From assembly GCA_051294905.1 (NCBI GenBank), contig CM119371.1, positions 37,326,001-37,390,000 on the forward strand: a DNA stretch of 64,000 nucleotides. Reading direction: 5' to 3'. Under the pieces are notes generated by a model. The model was not told where the DNA came from. It saw nothing but the letters and a program-made list of their open reading frames with translations, and searched no databases. This document shows, piece by piece, positions 26,648-41,000 of the stretch (position 1 is its first letter; each line of letters starts with the position of its first letter). Origin of the DNA: Botryllus schlosseri (lineage: Eukaryota). The translations under genes were made by a program, and so were the position numbers.

Positions 26648-27841
26648 CAGAGGTGGTCAAAGTAGTCAATAAAGATACTCAAGTAGCTGTATAAGTAGCG
26701 GCGAAAAAATCTACTTAAGTATGAGTAGAAGTAGCCTACTTCTTCCATAAGCAACCTGAAACTACTTGAAGTAGAAGTAGAATTGACTGACTTTAAAATT
26801 ACTCATGTAAGTAAGTAATAGTGAAAACGATCTTAATTCGTTCGCATGGATTGTCAAAAGCATTCGTCCACATCTTTTGAATGAAAATGATTATATTCAT
26901 ATGTAAATGCGATACTAATCCTCTGTTTACTCGAACAGCCTGTTTTAGAAAATATCATGGTATGGCACCCTTCCCCATATTATAATGCCCGTAGTTTCGT
27001 CGAAGAACAATACGCAGAAGCCGTATCAGATACTGTGCAAACACTTTACGCGATTAGTAAACGTTAACAAAAATATGGTGACTCGTAAAAATGCCATTTG
27101 TGTAGTTTTATTTCCGGAAATTAAAGGCATTACTACACTTGCTTTTATGCTTCAATATGTTTGTTCTCCAGACAAAAGAACCAAAACTGATTAGAACTCA
27201 ACGTATGATGTTGGGAATTGAAAGAGAAAAACAAATATTACTTCTAAAAGCGGAAAAATGTATTTCATGTCTTTAGTCCAGAAAGTTTCGAAGGTGGTAT
27301 GTTAAAATAGGTCTAAAGCTAAAAAAAGTCAGATTCTTCTTTTTCAGATTAGGACACGCCATGGACTGTTAGATTACGATGTGATAAGTAAATGCTAAAT
27401 TGCGAAACATCAGTTTCAAACGTTATGATAGGCCATATATACTGTGATGAAATATTTCACATGGGCGACAATACGGTGCGAGCTGAACCACGCAACCAGC
27501 TACCTGAAATATATTCACCGATACTTTCGTGAGATCAGATTGGTCTTTCCATATCCAAATTATTCCAAATTCTAGACTTTACTCAACTTTTATGAAAATT
27601 AGATGGCGGCACTCCGTGAAAACAGCTCCGAAATTCCTCAGGCTATCCGCCTGATTGGAGGATTAAACTACTTCTACTTGACAAACTGAAATAGTGAAAA
27701 GTAAGTAAGTGGATGACAAAATATTACGAAGTAGAAGGAGAAGTAGCGAGAAATTATATATACTTGAGTAAGTACCCAAGTAGCGGAAAACTACTTGAGT
27801 ACTTCAAAAAAGTATAAGTACTTCGTTACTGACCACCTCAG
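26648..27841. mobile_element. Non-autonomous hAT element with AAGTAG subterminal repeats
   Basis: Ends CAGAGGTGGTCA / TGACCACCTCAG; perfect TSD CGGAAGAC; inverted sister copy at 34356-35608. Confidence 0.9.
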
Positions 27842-27899
27842 CGGAAGACGAAATCGATATCTCAGGTCGTGGTCTGCTAAACTAGAGAGCTGACTAGTA

Positions 27900-28565
27900 T
27901 TGATTAGGGGGACAATTGTTTGTATTTCGACTGGAATGTCGACATGCTCGATCACCGTCAGACAGCCGACGAGATAGTGTTCCACACTGCAGGTCCAGCA
28001 TATTTCATAGGGCGATGATATTTTTTGTCGACCATATGGTAGTTGGACGACGTGGACGCGAATGTGTTGTATTTATGCACTTTTGATAACGAGGTTAAGA
28101 AGTCATTGAAGTTTTCGGGTCAGTGATCGCAGTGGAACTGATACATAAACTTGGCAATGTCGAGTTTCCGTGTATATTTTATGTCTGGGACACCGAATCT
28201 TTTGAGAATTGATTTGTTGGGCCCTGGCTATGATACGGAGGACCTGATGTTATAGTTTTTGCGGTGACTCCAAGCCCCTACATATGATGTCATGTTGTAA
28301 CTTTGATTGGAATAATGATTTAAAGAGTATCAGAATGAAGTGTATATGGCTGTAGAATAGACCACAGTTCCGTGATAATTTTGTTTCTTGAGACTGAATG
28401 TGACTCTTCCATGACATGCTCGAGTCTAGTATAACCTCAAGGTATTTCGCATTTTCTGAGTTGAAAATAGGTTGACCAGCTATGTTAGCGGTTAGTTTTG
28501 TTTTCGGAGTTTATGGCCAATAACCGGGATTTTGCGGCGTTGACGCAAATATTATTGTTGACCGT
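27900..28565 (-). mobile_element. Degenerate LINE ORF2 C-terminal fragment (CR1/L2-like)
   Basis: Minus-strand SENAKYLEVILDSSMSWKSHIQS at ~28390-28460 matches the post-RT KYLGV.lD..l.W..H motif; multiple disruptions, boundaries approximate. Confidence 0.6.
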
Positions 28566-28678
28566 ACACTTTGGGCATTTGGTCACTGGTCACAATAAAG
28601 AGTATTTCATATTTTTACCAAACCTATTTCATTGCACTTTGTGACAATGCTGCAGGTTAGCACGACTTCACATATACG

Positions 28679-29106
28679 TAGGGTTGCATTTAAAACAAAA
28701 ATCAATTTAAAACAAACATGTTTAAAACAAGGCCCTTGTTAAAAACATGTGTTTATTGTTTTATTAAAAGCAATGACGTCACGAATAGAATTGTGACGTC
28801 CTAGTGGATTGACGATGACAATTGAAAATACAGGGAAATATAGCTCCTTTGACGAAATGTGTGTACTAATGCTGTTCAACCGACTATTTTGACGGTTCGA
28901 ACCATCCCATATCGGTATACGTCGGCTATATCAGGCGTTAATTATACGTAGGCTCATACAACATGTTTCCTGGAACGTTTTCACACAAATATGGCATAAT
29001 TTTACAACTTAAATAAAAAAATTCAAAGGCCTTTGTTCAAAACATTGCTTAAAACATGTTTTAAACTAAGTGTTTTAAAACACCGTTTGTTTCAAATGCA
29101 ACCCTA
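28679..29106. mobile_element. TAGGGTTGC-ended MITE with TTTAAAAC repeats; relative at 36779-37313 (TSD GTTGTAGC/GTTGCAGC)
   Basis: TIRs TAGGGTTGCATTT / AAATGCAACCCTA; TSD CATATACG is recovered as CATATATG at 29508-29515, after the next insertion. Confidence 0.8.
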
Positions 29107-29111
29107 TATAT

Positions 29112-29504
29112 TAGTGCGGAGCGGATCGACAAATTCTCTGGTTCGATTCCGATCCGGTTTTTCAATTCTCTGGTCCAGCTCCGATCCGGCTCCGGCCATA
29201 TCAGGAAAGAGTGCTGATCCGGCCCCGATCCGGCTCCGGTCAAAAGTGAAAAAGTCCGGCCGGAAATCCGGCCCTACACGGTACGGTGGTTCCGTGAATT
29301 TATAAATATGACTAATATTTTCGCACTGGCTTGGCAATTACTTGCGTGTGGTTGGTTGGTAGTTACTTAGTTACAAAATTCATGCTTATCCATAAAGATT
29401 CTGGCCGTATCAAAAAAATACTGATCCGGCTCCGATCCGGTTCGGCCCGAATTGAAAATATTCGGCCGGATATCCAATCCGGCTCCTGTCCATGCTCCGC
29501 ACTA
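29112..29504. mobile_element. hAT MITE with ATCCGG subterminal repeats
   Basis: TIRs TAGTGCGGAGC / GCTCCGCACTA; TSD CTATATAT/CTACATAT. Confidence 0.85.
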
Positions 29505-32003
29505 CTACATATATGTCATTTCCACTGATGAGTGTAGCTTTGTATTACATCTTTGTATGATGTCATGCGAACAATCGACGTTTACAGCTTCCCACACTGA
29601 AAAATAGTAACGAGACTGCATTTATTGTTGATACATTACCTCTTAGTGGCAAGGAGCATATAATTTCAGTACCCAGAAAAGTTATCTCTGAGTGCTCGGA
29701 CTTAAATCATTAGAATTAATACTAGATGCAGCTTGGAAAACTCATTGTGCACGCCATACTATGGACGGTTCACGATCTACTCTCTTCAATGCCAAGCGCC
29801 CCGTGTAACAATACTATATAGCTTGACCTCACCTCACCTCATCTCAACAATGCTCATCGAAGTCGCACATCACGATAATTGGTCAGAAACTTGCGCTCTC
29901 TGGTGCGACGGAGGTTGGTGACATTATCGAGCAAATTGAATGTATGTATGTATGTATGTATGTATGCAAATTGAATATACGAAAACACACACAACGAGGG
30001 AACCGGTGGTAGTACGCTGTTATATTCCTGCACTGCTCGAGAATGAAGTTTCGCAGAAGATTATGCACGGGAGGATACTACTCAAAACACGTTCCTATCG
30101 GGAAAAGTCTAAATGTTGATTCATCACACACTTGTAATTTTGTTTTTTTACTTTCATACCGATGCAGGGAGGGATAGCAAGTATTAACATTCAGGGACTT
30201 GCGACCAGTATATGTTGAGATTACGATAACATTCTGTTATTCCATTTCAAGGTTAACAGGATGAAAATACTTGTTTGGCTCGAAGGCGGATCAAATCGAT
30301 TATAATCATAAACCATTGTAAACAAATCTGTCTTGCGTGTTGGATTAGTGTCGAATCGCGATAACCCGGTCAAGTGAACTTAATTTCCTCGCTAAGCGCT
30401 CAAAATAAATTCAGCTCGACTACCTATCAAGTTTCCCCTCATTTTCACGGAAATTACTCCCGTTTATTTAGTAAGATGATTGACACTAAGTTCATTTTTA
30501 CTTCCTCGGCTGCCATTGGGTGCGACCTCTGCCATAGGCAATCGTCAGGTGAAAGCAGCAAATTTCCGAACCACGTCAAAACTACTTGAAGTACAAGTGT
30601 TAAAATGGGGGTCTTAAAAGTATTAAAATATGCATTTTCTTTACAGGTGCTTCTGTTTTTGCCTGCTTACTCGAGTTGTCATGCGTCCAAGCGGTTTCCG
30701 CTTCTACTTGTAAGTGACAGCGACGCATTTTTATTATCTTTCTACTTTTAGTCCGCTCAACTGGTTTAGGCTGACAGTAGTATTGAGATGTCTTGGAAAT
30801 CTCTGAAGGTCGAAGGTTAACCTAATAATGTCTGTATCTGTTTAAATAGTCAGGAATGCAGCTACTGTTGATGATGCATCTATATGATAACTATAGCCAT
30901 ACGATGCTTCCTCTTTATAAAGGATTTGCTCTCTTTTTACAAGAAATGGAAAATGTTCTCTTAGTAGGACGTCCAAAGACAGCAAAAAAATCTCACGAAA
31001 GACATGAAAACTAGATTTCGACTGAACCGAAGGATATTTAGCAGGAAATTCACACGGATTTTCAAATATAGTAACCCTGGGTAGCAGCCTATTCGAGAAT
31101 GCTCGGAACGCATTTCGTAATTATGGTTTTGAGTTAGGCGAACAAATTCTTCGCAACAAAGCAGCAATAAACTCACGTAAGCAAAAATGACGCGAATCAC
31201 CACGGCATACTCAGCCAGATTTTAGTGACGAGTTATACATATAAATGAATTGGTGGAAAATGGGTGCGTTTACCGCATATCAACTACAACGAAGAAAAGT
31301 GTATATCAGGATCGAACGCGCTGGTTACGAATTTTGCTTCTGCATCCATTCCAATATAGGCCGATTAATAAAATACATTAATTTACATGGAGATATATCA
31401 GCGGGGTAAGATTCCGTGCACCACCTACATGCGACTTCTCCGGGAATACACGAAAGCAGAACTCGACACGCCGCTGGGATTTACCAACTTGAGAATTGCT
31501 TAATTTGAATCGTTACCCCAATCGGGCCACCGTTTGAAAACACCTGGTCTCAACGCATTGTGGTGACTGCTAATCACTCTAATTAGTTTACTTCGTTCCT
31601 ACGATTCTGTTTGTAACCAAGTCGCTTATGTCTGTGCTTGGAAGTGCGTGTATTAGTTTCGCACAAGCACACGATAACTTTTCGCCCAGGCGGGATTATC
31701 GAACAGATGTTTGCCAATGGCACAATTTATGACCCGTGATTGCTGAGCATCAAGCTTGAGCGGATGACTAGCGGGTGAACTTTACTCCGAGAGTGATTCG
31801 CGTGTCGGAATAAATCTAGGGACGTGCTGATTTATGCGTTCCTGCAAACGCTTCGACGTTTTTCCCTCGTAGCTACCATCACAGTGTCACTTATATTCGT
31901 ACATTACATTACTTTGTTGAAGTGCACGAAGCACGTATTTTCGTGCTACAAGGAGCAGTTGCGTTGTCGTGAAAATCACTTTGGTTTGCACTGTGTCGTA
32001 ACC

Positions 32004-32700
32004 TGACATGGGGTGATTACTTAAATAATGTAATCGATTGCAGTTACGATTACTTCTGAATCACGCGATTACGATTACGATTACGATTAAAGCAAAATCA
32101 GGAAGTGGTCGATTACGATTACGATCACATTAGGAAAGTAATCACGATTACATTTATTTTGCTTCTTAAAACTAATGTTACAAGATGTATTGGAAGGCAA
32201 TATAAGGATTGCAATGAAAAGGCCTCATGAGATAATTTTTTAAATAAATGATACGTCATTTGCTTGTTATACGTCATAATGCACCCGTTTCCCTACTTTA
32301 TAGGGGACGATTTGTCGCACCCAACGATTTGTATTCTTGCAAAGTCCGTACATGCCGCACCCAAAGCTCCTCAATAGGGTGGAGAGCGAGCATAGAGGGT
32401 AATCAAAAGTATTTCGTAAATCAACATAATTTATTGGGTATTTTCGTGATATTTATTGAAATTGAAAATTTTCTTCAAGCTTCGCGATTTAATGGCTCTA
32501 GATAGCTTGATTTTGAAATGCATACCGCTCCCCGTTAAAAAACACATGCATAATTCAGAGGAATATGCATTTCGGTGTTGGTCATTACCGCGCCACGACA
32601 CACCAAAACACATGCTGTTTCGGCCAGCATGCGACTCCTCGAAGTGTGTCACCAAAAAAAGACCTTGGCCGAAACTTTGGGTAGGCCTATGTGATCATTT
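32004..32700. mobile_element. One end of the CAGACATGGGG / GATTAC-repeat element (inverted sister of ~61700-62405)
   Basis: CTGACATGGGGTGATTAC end, (CGATTA)n subterminal repeats; colinear with the reverse complement of ~61700-62405. Confidence 0.75.
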
Positions 32701-32789
32701 GCAGGGTTGTAATGACTCGAGTCACGATTTTTTTGTTACTCGACTTGACTCGAGTAAGTTTTTCAAAGTGTTAAATGACTCGACTCGAC

Positions 32790-35700
32790 AAGAGGGGCGC
32801 TGGCGATTTTGAAAGGGGCGGAAACGCTCCGATATGCAATATGGGGGGAAGGGGGGGGGTTGATAGGGGGGCGTTGAGCACAAGGGGCGATATGGGGGGG
32901 GGGGGGTGCTGAAGAAAAAATGGCTTCGCAATAGATGATGTGGTATTAGGACATATCCTTAATGAGTATTCAAAGCAAATTAACATTCCACAGAACATGT
33001 CAAATCCCGAAATTTTTGAAGTGTTTGCTACATGTTTTTTTAAATGTAGTGGGTTATTATAATTCATGTAAAACGAATTGCGCGTACTTTTACATCGCCA
33101 ATTTCCCGTTAAAACACTGCTGTCACGCTTCCTAGAATTATTTTCAACAAAATGTTTCGAATCCAGTATTATAGCCCGCAGCGCACAGCGTGTGAAAATC
33201 GAAGGAGGCACTGTATATCACTTTTGAGTGTGAGAGCCCCTTGTACAGAAACTAAGTTTTGAAGCTTTGTGCACGAAATGAATAACTAAATATACTTGTA
33301 TTTGAGAGCTACAAAATTAAATCGTCAGAATATTTCTTCATTGTATCATAAAGGATGATACTATCTAGTGTTGTGGTTCACAACCTCACATGAACGTTTT
33401 ATAATATGAGTTGCTTTGTTTGGAATACATTCATGTTAAAATTAATAACTGGGTACAGTACTAAATTCAATGTGAGCAGATATATGCATCTCATTCTCAG
33501 TTGACTTATTGTTACAGAAAGCACTAAGACAAAATCCAATTCCATTAATTTCCCCGAATTGCCATTCGCAGATGTAAATTCAGGATGGTTCGAACCACAA
33601 GGTATGAGACCGTGCCCGATTGTTGTTATACCAACCTTGATTTGACCCTGAATATACCACACACAATTATTATATGGTTTATTATGGTCCTCGAACGCGA
33701 TTAAAGCGCGAAATATTTCCAATATCAAAGTCCCGAAATGACTGGACTTTGACCTCTTGCCAGGACCGAAACTGCTGCAAACCAAATCCCCAATCAGTGA
33801 GCTCGAATGGTGCCCTAAATTATTTCGGTGAATGAACATAAATTACACATCATGTTTTGACGACTCCCTCACGGAAGAATACTCATAATTATAGAAAATA
33901 GAAATAGGCATTTCGGCGTCGGCCATTACCACGCCACGATGCACGAAGACATATGAAGTTCCGGTCAATATGGGACTCCGAGAAGTGTGTCAGAAAAATC
34001 GTCAGCGAGAAAACATTAGCCGAATAGGATTGCCCTTATGTTGACCGTGAACTTCGATGTATATAAGTCTAATTGTCCATAGGTGCTTAAATCGCTCGTG
34101 CCGAATTATCATGTCGTCGCAATCTGCACCCCACAGGACAAATAACATCCATCAGAGAAAATTATTTACCGTTGAAGAAATACCAATTTTGAGTCGTGTG
34201 CTTACTTTAGTACAGTGGTTCCCAACCTTTTTCGTCTCGTGCCCACCTTGGCCGATATTTGAGCTAACATTTCCCCCTATAAAAAAGTTTCCTCTGACTA
34301 AAACAATGTGCTTTTTAACGCGCAACCATTTGTTGACTGAGCAATTAATGGCCAACAGAGGTGTTCAGTAACGAAGTACTTCTACTTTTTTGAAGTACTC
34401 AAGTAGTTTCCCTCTACTTCTGGTACTTACTCAAGTAGAAATCTTTTTCGCTACTTCTACTTCTACTTCATAATATTTTGTGAACTACTTACTTACTTTT
34501 CGCTATTTTCAGTTTGTCAAGTAGAAGTAATTTAATCCCCCAATAAGAAAGATAGCCTTAGGAATTTCGGGGCTATTTTCACGTAGTACCAACATTTAAA
34601 TTTCATAAAAGTCATGAATTACTCAAAATTTTCGTTGCGCTTCGCGCACAGTAGATATGGAGTGACATATATGTTTTAACAAAAGTATCGCTGAACATAA
34701 TTTAGATAACGGGTTGCGTGGTTGCGTTCACACCACATTGTAGCCTATATCAAATATTTCATCACAGTAGGTATGGCCCTCATAACGTTTGAAACTACCG
34801 TTTCGCAATCTAGCCATTACCTATTATACATAGCAGCCCATGACGTGTCCTAGTCTGGAAAGTGGACCTTGACTTTTTTAACGTTAGACCTATTTTAGCA
34901 GACCACCATTGAAATTGTCTGGAAAAAAGACATGAAATATATTTTCCGCTTTTTAGAAGTAGTATTTATGTTTTTCTTGCAATTAAGAGTATTATACGCT
35001 GAGGTCTAATTATAGTTTCAGTTCTATTGTCTGGAGAATGCTAATATTTTCCGAAAATAAAGCTATACACTATATGATATTTTTATGATGTGCCATATTT
35101 TTAATTAGCGTATACTAATCGCGCAAGGTGTTAAAGCCGTATCCGGCACAACTTCTCCGTATTGCTCTTCGGCTGAACTAGGGGCCTTATAATATGGGGG
35201 AGGGCGCCATGCCATGATATTCTCTAAAACGGGGTGTTCGAGTAAACAAACGAGTAGTATAGCATTTCCATATCAATACTATCGTTTGCATCCCATGATA
35301 TGGACGATTGCTTTTTCTGTCAAAAATTGACACCTCCTGGGATGCATCAATATGAATCCAGCTCTCTACACCTTCCGCATAGCTCCATTTGCAGCTTTTG
35401 ACAGTCCATGCGAACGAATTATGATCGTTTTTACTACAACAACTACTTACTTACTTGAGTAGATTTGAAGTCAGCCAATTCTACTTCTACTTCAAGTAGT
35501 TTTAGGTTGCTTATGTAAGAAGTACTTCTACTCGTACTTGAGTAGATTTTTTCGTCGCTACTTCTACTTCTACTTGAGTAGCATTCTTGACTACTTTGAC
35601 CACCTCTGATGGCCAAACATATTCAGATATGTCCGAACTATGTCGAATGCGGACCGCACTAAACTTTGATAAAGTACAGTTAATTTTGACCGGTCGGGTA

Positions 35701-36326
35701 GCCGCTGACGAAAAATAAATCACTAAGCCCGCTTGCTATGGACTTGAGTTGAATCGATGAATTTGGTATGTTTTTCACGTTTGCTCATATGTTGGCTTAA
35801 AAAGTTAAACAATTTCACTGGCGGCCTTCTTGCTGAATTCGGCTTGACGATTTCCTGCTTAGTAGCAATTTGGTCGAGAAACTGTCGCGGGCCCAACGAA
35901 ATCGTCTCGTGAGCCTCACTCTATCAGGGGTGTAATATCTACGGAAGGCATTTAAACATACACCTAGCTTGAAATCCGCCAAAGAAACACACAATTCTTA
36001 AGAACTAATTTCTACTTAACAGTTCTATACCATAAAAACCTTGTGAGCCTAGTGTATCTTCCGACACAATGCCAAAGCCAGATTCCCCCCTAAAAATTTT
36101 AAAATTCCCCCCATGTGACATATATATGCAATTCCACCTATTCATTCATACATTGTAGAAAATTTTGGCGCCTAGGGCGACCAGGTCACACAAACTTTGC
36201 TGACCATCGTAATCACGCGATTGGGTTTTTGAGGCAAAGCTCTCATAAGTTTGATTTGGTGGGGGGCACCGGAGCACAATAATTTTTGAAAGGCGGCGCT
36301 GGAGGAAAACAGGTTAAGAACCACTA
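32790..36326. mobile_element. Inverted, insertion-interrupted sister copy of the 45292-47245 hAT element
   Basis: ~32810-34170 matches the reverse complement of ~45875-47225; right end GGTTAAGAACCACTA at 36326; left TIR lost. Confidence 0.75.
34356..35608. mobile_element. Non-autonomous hAT element (AAGTAG family)
   Basis: Ends CAGAGGTGTTCA / TGACCACCTCTG; perfect TSD ATGGCCAA (34348-34355, 35609-35616). Confidence 0.9.
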
Positions 36327-38044
36327 ATTTAAAACGTTACTTGGTTGTTAATGCGGCTCTTCAAGATCTAACTCGAATTATGTAGCGAGGCTCCCAGTTG
36401 TCAACGCGTACCACAACCGAAATAACACTTGTATGTCTTTCAATATATTCGTTTACTAAAGCCAAGGCGCATGAATCTTCTTGCAGCAGTGGTAATACGG
36501 AAGTGATGCTGTGAACTAAAAGTTACGCAAAAACAGAATCAACACTACACAACTGCGTCCTGTCTAACAATGCAAATCTTGTCAATTTATTCCGGCAACA
36601 ATCCTACACTAACGTCATTGATCTTAATTACTAATTATGTCTGTAGAAAGGTTAACAATTACTAAATATGTCAATTAAATAAGATCAACAACAGACCAAG
36701 AGCATGGCTTACATCTGGATTACACGCATGGCTTGGTACTTTTGAATAACGATGGTACGATATTGTTACAGTTGTAGCTAGGGTTGTGTATAATACAACT
36801 TGTGTTTAAAAACACTTTGTTTTAAACGAATACCTTTTTAAATAAAACGAAAAATGTTTTTTTTTTATCAAACGCTGTATAAATATGCCATAATTGGGTA
36901 AATACTTTCGACACGTCATGTAGTATGAGCATACGGACGATTTGCACACAATTTAGTCGACGTTGTAGGATGTGAAGTGGCTGGAACCCCCGAGATCGAT
37001 GTCGGTTCAACAGTTATAGCATGTAGATGTGGAATCTTGATCATTAGTACTGAATGCGAGTTCTGATGATGATGACCGCCGACCGTAAAAATACTGCATA
37101 ATGATGTAGTTCCAGTTAAAAGATATTTTTGGTCTGTTTTTGTCGAAGGAGCCATATTAACCCTATATTTTTATAGTCAATGTCAATCCACGATGACGTC
37201 ACAATTAAGGATTGGTGACGTCATGACTGAACAAAAAAAAAACACATTTCAAACAAAGGCAATTTTTTAAACATGATTGTTTCAGATTTATTTTTGTTTT
37301 AAAGGCCACCCTAGTTGCAGCATTTTATCTCGCAGAATTGAATTCCCTGCTAAATTTAATTAGTAGCTGGCAGTTTGTTTTGTCAAATTGTCTGCTGCGC
37401 ATTGCTTAAGTATTGTACTGTTTCGTAACAGCGAACTATAGCCTCCCCCTACCCCACTCCCGTCCCCTCACGCACATATTCGCGACATTGTTACTCATCT
37501 ATTTGATATAAATTCCACACGTGAGACGGAGCGTGCTGATGCCCTTTATTTAGGTGAGAGTTGACATCGCATGTTCATAACGGACTATAACAGAGCACTT
37601 GTTTAGATATGAGCATAAAGGACAGTATGCCAACAATTATATCAGATATAACCTAAGGTGCATCTGGTGACGCACGCAGTGATAGCATTCATCGCCCGGC
37701 ATTTAGCGACAAGCGGCTCTTTAAAACAAAATTACTTAGTTAGCTATCTGGTTTTCCATCTCCTTCTTTGTATTCCCTACCACTTTTTAGCGAATAAAAC
37801 TGGTTACATAGTTGGTGGGACGTCTGGCGTCTTGTTCGGTAGGTCGTGGCTTTCATCCCCGGCCGGGTGAGACCAAAGATCTGATTAGGAACCCTGATAT
37901 CTATGACTCCCCCTCTTGGTGCTCTGCATTACCGGGATAGAATGGAGGGGTTTTGAAAAACTTAAGAAGTGTTACAAGGCTATATCTGAACCTCCCTTGT
38001 CCAGAGGCGTATGCACATCATGCACTCATGGTATGCATAAGCAC

Positions 38045-41000
38045 TAGGGTTGTTCAAAATTTGGAAAATGTTTGAAATTCTGCGTGTCCATCGCTTATTC
38101 TGTAGATTATTGTTAAAAAACAATAATGGGCTTGAAAGAAGCTCGCAGGAAAGCCGCTAACATTTGTCTAAATGCGTTTGAAAGTAGCCGTCGGCGAGTG
38201 GGCGGAGAATCGATGAAGTGGGCGGGCAAAGAGAAGCCATTAATCCTGATTGGTTGAAGCCGGTAATAATAAGCTAATGATTGGCTGAAAGACCGACTTT
38301 GTGAACACTGCTGGTAACGATTTTTGCGTGCTGTTGTGCAGTCGTTTCTGTTGGTGACATTACAGACATGATATATTGCCTTTGTTAATGTTGTCACCAA
38401 GAGTCCATAGTACAACATCGCAACCGCCCAAGTTAATATCTACCTGCAGAAAGTGCTATGTATTGCACAGGTGCTCTCGCTAGTTGAGATACGAATAAAC
38501 TAGATGCATGCATATTGCTACCTTTCCAAAAGTTACTGACAGTGAGTGAAACTCAAAAATTTACCACCAGAAGTCAACATCTCAGTAGTACTTGTTATGA
38601 CTGGTCGACGTCTCACCCATAAACAAACGCATATTACACTTTTTATTCACAATTGAATGAAGGCGAAAAGCACTATTTACAAAAGACATTAAAAAAGTAC
38701 GTTGCAGATCAGTGTTGCATTGTCAGGCACAAGTTGCAGATTACATGCTTTTGATTAGAGTTGACTTCCTGCTGTCTCCAACTGTCTTCCTATGCTGTTC
38801 CACAGCTTGAAGCAGACTGTCTCTTTGTTGTTCATTGTCAGTCAAGATTGCAGCATAGTCTGTGCTTAGCTTTACACCTCGTTCTGCGGCATCATTAACG
38901 ACTTTGACAAAACTGATGTAGGAGCTCATTCTGGTGTAAGAATCTGATAAGTGCCAAACATCAACCAGTTGAGCTAGCCACGCCCCAGAGCATTCAAAAA
39001 CATCAAATATGTACCACGACTGTGGCCCAATAAAATCAGACAAAGTAGTGTCCTTGTTGATGCGTACAGTTGCATTCAACGAGGGCGGGCCTCTCCTGAA
39101 ACTTGAAGTTCGCTCTACCTGTAGGAGCGTCTTTGCCATATTTTCTCGGGTTTCATTGCTTTCACTCGGCGAAAACAAGGCATATACAGCGGTTTCCTCC
39201 ACAATATACCAGTCATGCTTTAAAAGCTTTTGTGAAGCAGCTTTGGAAACTTGTTCATCATGTTCCTTGTAACTCAACATGTCCTGGATGAATCTCAAGT
39301 CATTACCGGCTGCATCACGACCGATGCTGGAAGCAACCCAGGCAGGGATATAGAAGAGAACTAAAAATAAATTGAAGCGATGCAGCAGTTCCACTTCTTC
39401 AGATTTGTAATGTAACTGATCAGCCCACATGAACATCTTCTGAGCATACAGAATTGTGCCCATCCACCTTGCATGGTGTGTTGCACCAGGTTTGTGATGA
39501 TGTATATCTCCATCTGCACCGAGAAGAGCAAGAGCATTAGTCACACATTGTTTGTAGTCATCCCGTGTGAAGAAATCTTTTCTGGCGAGTAGTAGCTTGA
39601 AGTTCTCAACTGTCATTGCTGCTCGTTCTTTAAAGCATATAGGAATAGTCAGAGTCTTGAATTGCTGTTTTCTGTCAAGACTGCTCCAGCTCTTCTTAAG
39701 GTGGGCAAACCATGTGTTCTCTGGTCCGGTTGTTGCTTTTCCAAATAAACATTTCCAGACGTCTTTGACTACTAGCTCATACACATGGTGCCGACACGCA
39801 TGGTAAAAAACCTTCTTTCCTAGAAGGTCCTCAAGGATCTTCGCTGCACCCTTCTTCCAGCCGCTGTTGCTTGCTGTGGTGTCAAAAACCAAAGCTGTTA
39901 CAGCATCTTGTATATCCCACTTTTCAATTATGTCGAAAGTAGTTTCAGCTTGTGTCTGACCTGCCGCATTTTGTATCTTCTGAATTCCAAGTAGTTTTCC
40001 TTCCGAGTATTGAGGTTGACAAGATAGAACAATTGACAAAGCTTCATATCGATTTCCTAATCTATCCTCTGTGAGCTTTCCATCCCAATGAATGGCAACA
40101 TGCTGTGGTCTATTTTCGGCAAATTTTTCCAAAATGTCCTGAGATATTTCCAGGCGATTTATTTCCCTGGCTCTCTTCGTTGAAGATCTTGACAGGGAGA
40201 ACATATGGCTATATCTCCTCCACAAGCCTTAATAAATGCTCCCATCAGCATCGTTGCATCGTTGTCAGTTACTTGCAATCGATCCAGAGCTTGGGAAACA
40301 TGCGTATTTTTCATAATATTTTAGGTGCCATCAGTTTAATGGATTGGGTCGAGGTGCCAAGTCCAACATCAGCATCATAGTCAGAACTTGAACTCAAACT
40401 GTCACCCTCTTTTGAAGATGACGATGATGCTAAAACAACATAGTCACAACTTGAGTCGTGTGAAACGTTTTCAACAGTTTGATCTGCAATGGCTGCTGTT
40501 TTCTTTTTGAGGTCTTTAGCCAGAATTTTGTCTCTTCCCAACATTATTGACTGGCGAGATTGCCGTTGATCTTCATAAAATGCAATGTCTTCAAGCTTTC
40601 TTTCATGTGATAGATAAATGTCATTTTTTATTGTTGTTATGGCATCTCTGCTTCCAATATCCCACAGCTAGTCCAAATCATCAGTGAATTTTCTCCTCTT
40701 ACCCTTGGGATCACTTTCCTGTTTCGGATTCTTCTTCAGATCACGCCATCTTTCGTGCAGGTTTTGAAGTGATCGCACCACATGTGATTTCTGCATTGTT
40801 GCAATTCTCGCCATTTTCCACACTGTCATTACATCATCCACCACCACAGTACATAGTTCATGAGTAGGGGTTGACTGAGGACAATGCTCTTTCAGATGCA
40901 GCAAGTAACTCATTACTTCTCGTATAGTAGGTAATCTCGAGCCACAGATGTAATCGCAAGTATATCCGACCAAGTACTGCTCAGATTTGGATCTTGTTCT

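Noticed and set aside
38741..40225. 494-aa ORF as a complete or domesticated gene
   Set aside because: Its start is a frameshift artefact; it is the C-terminal part of a broken transposase inside TIRs and a TSD.
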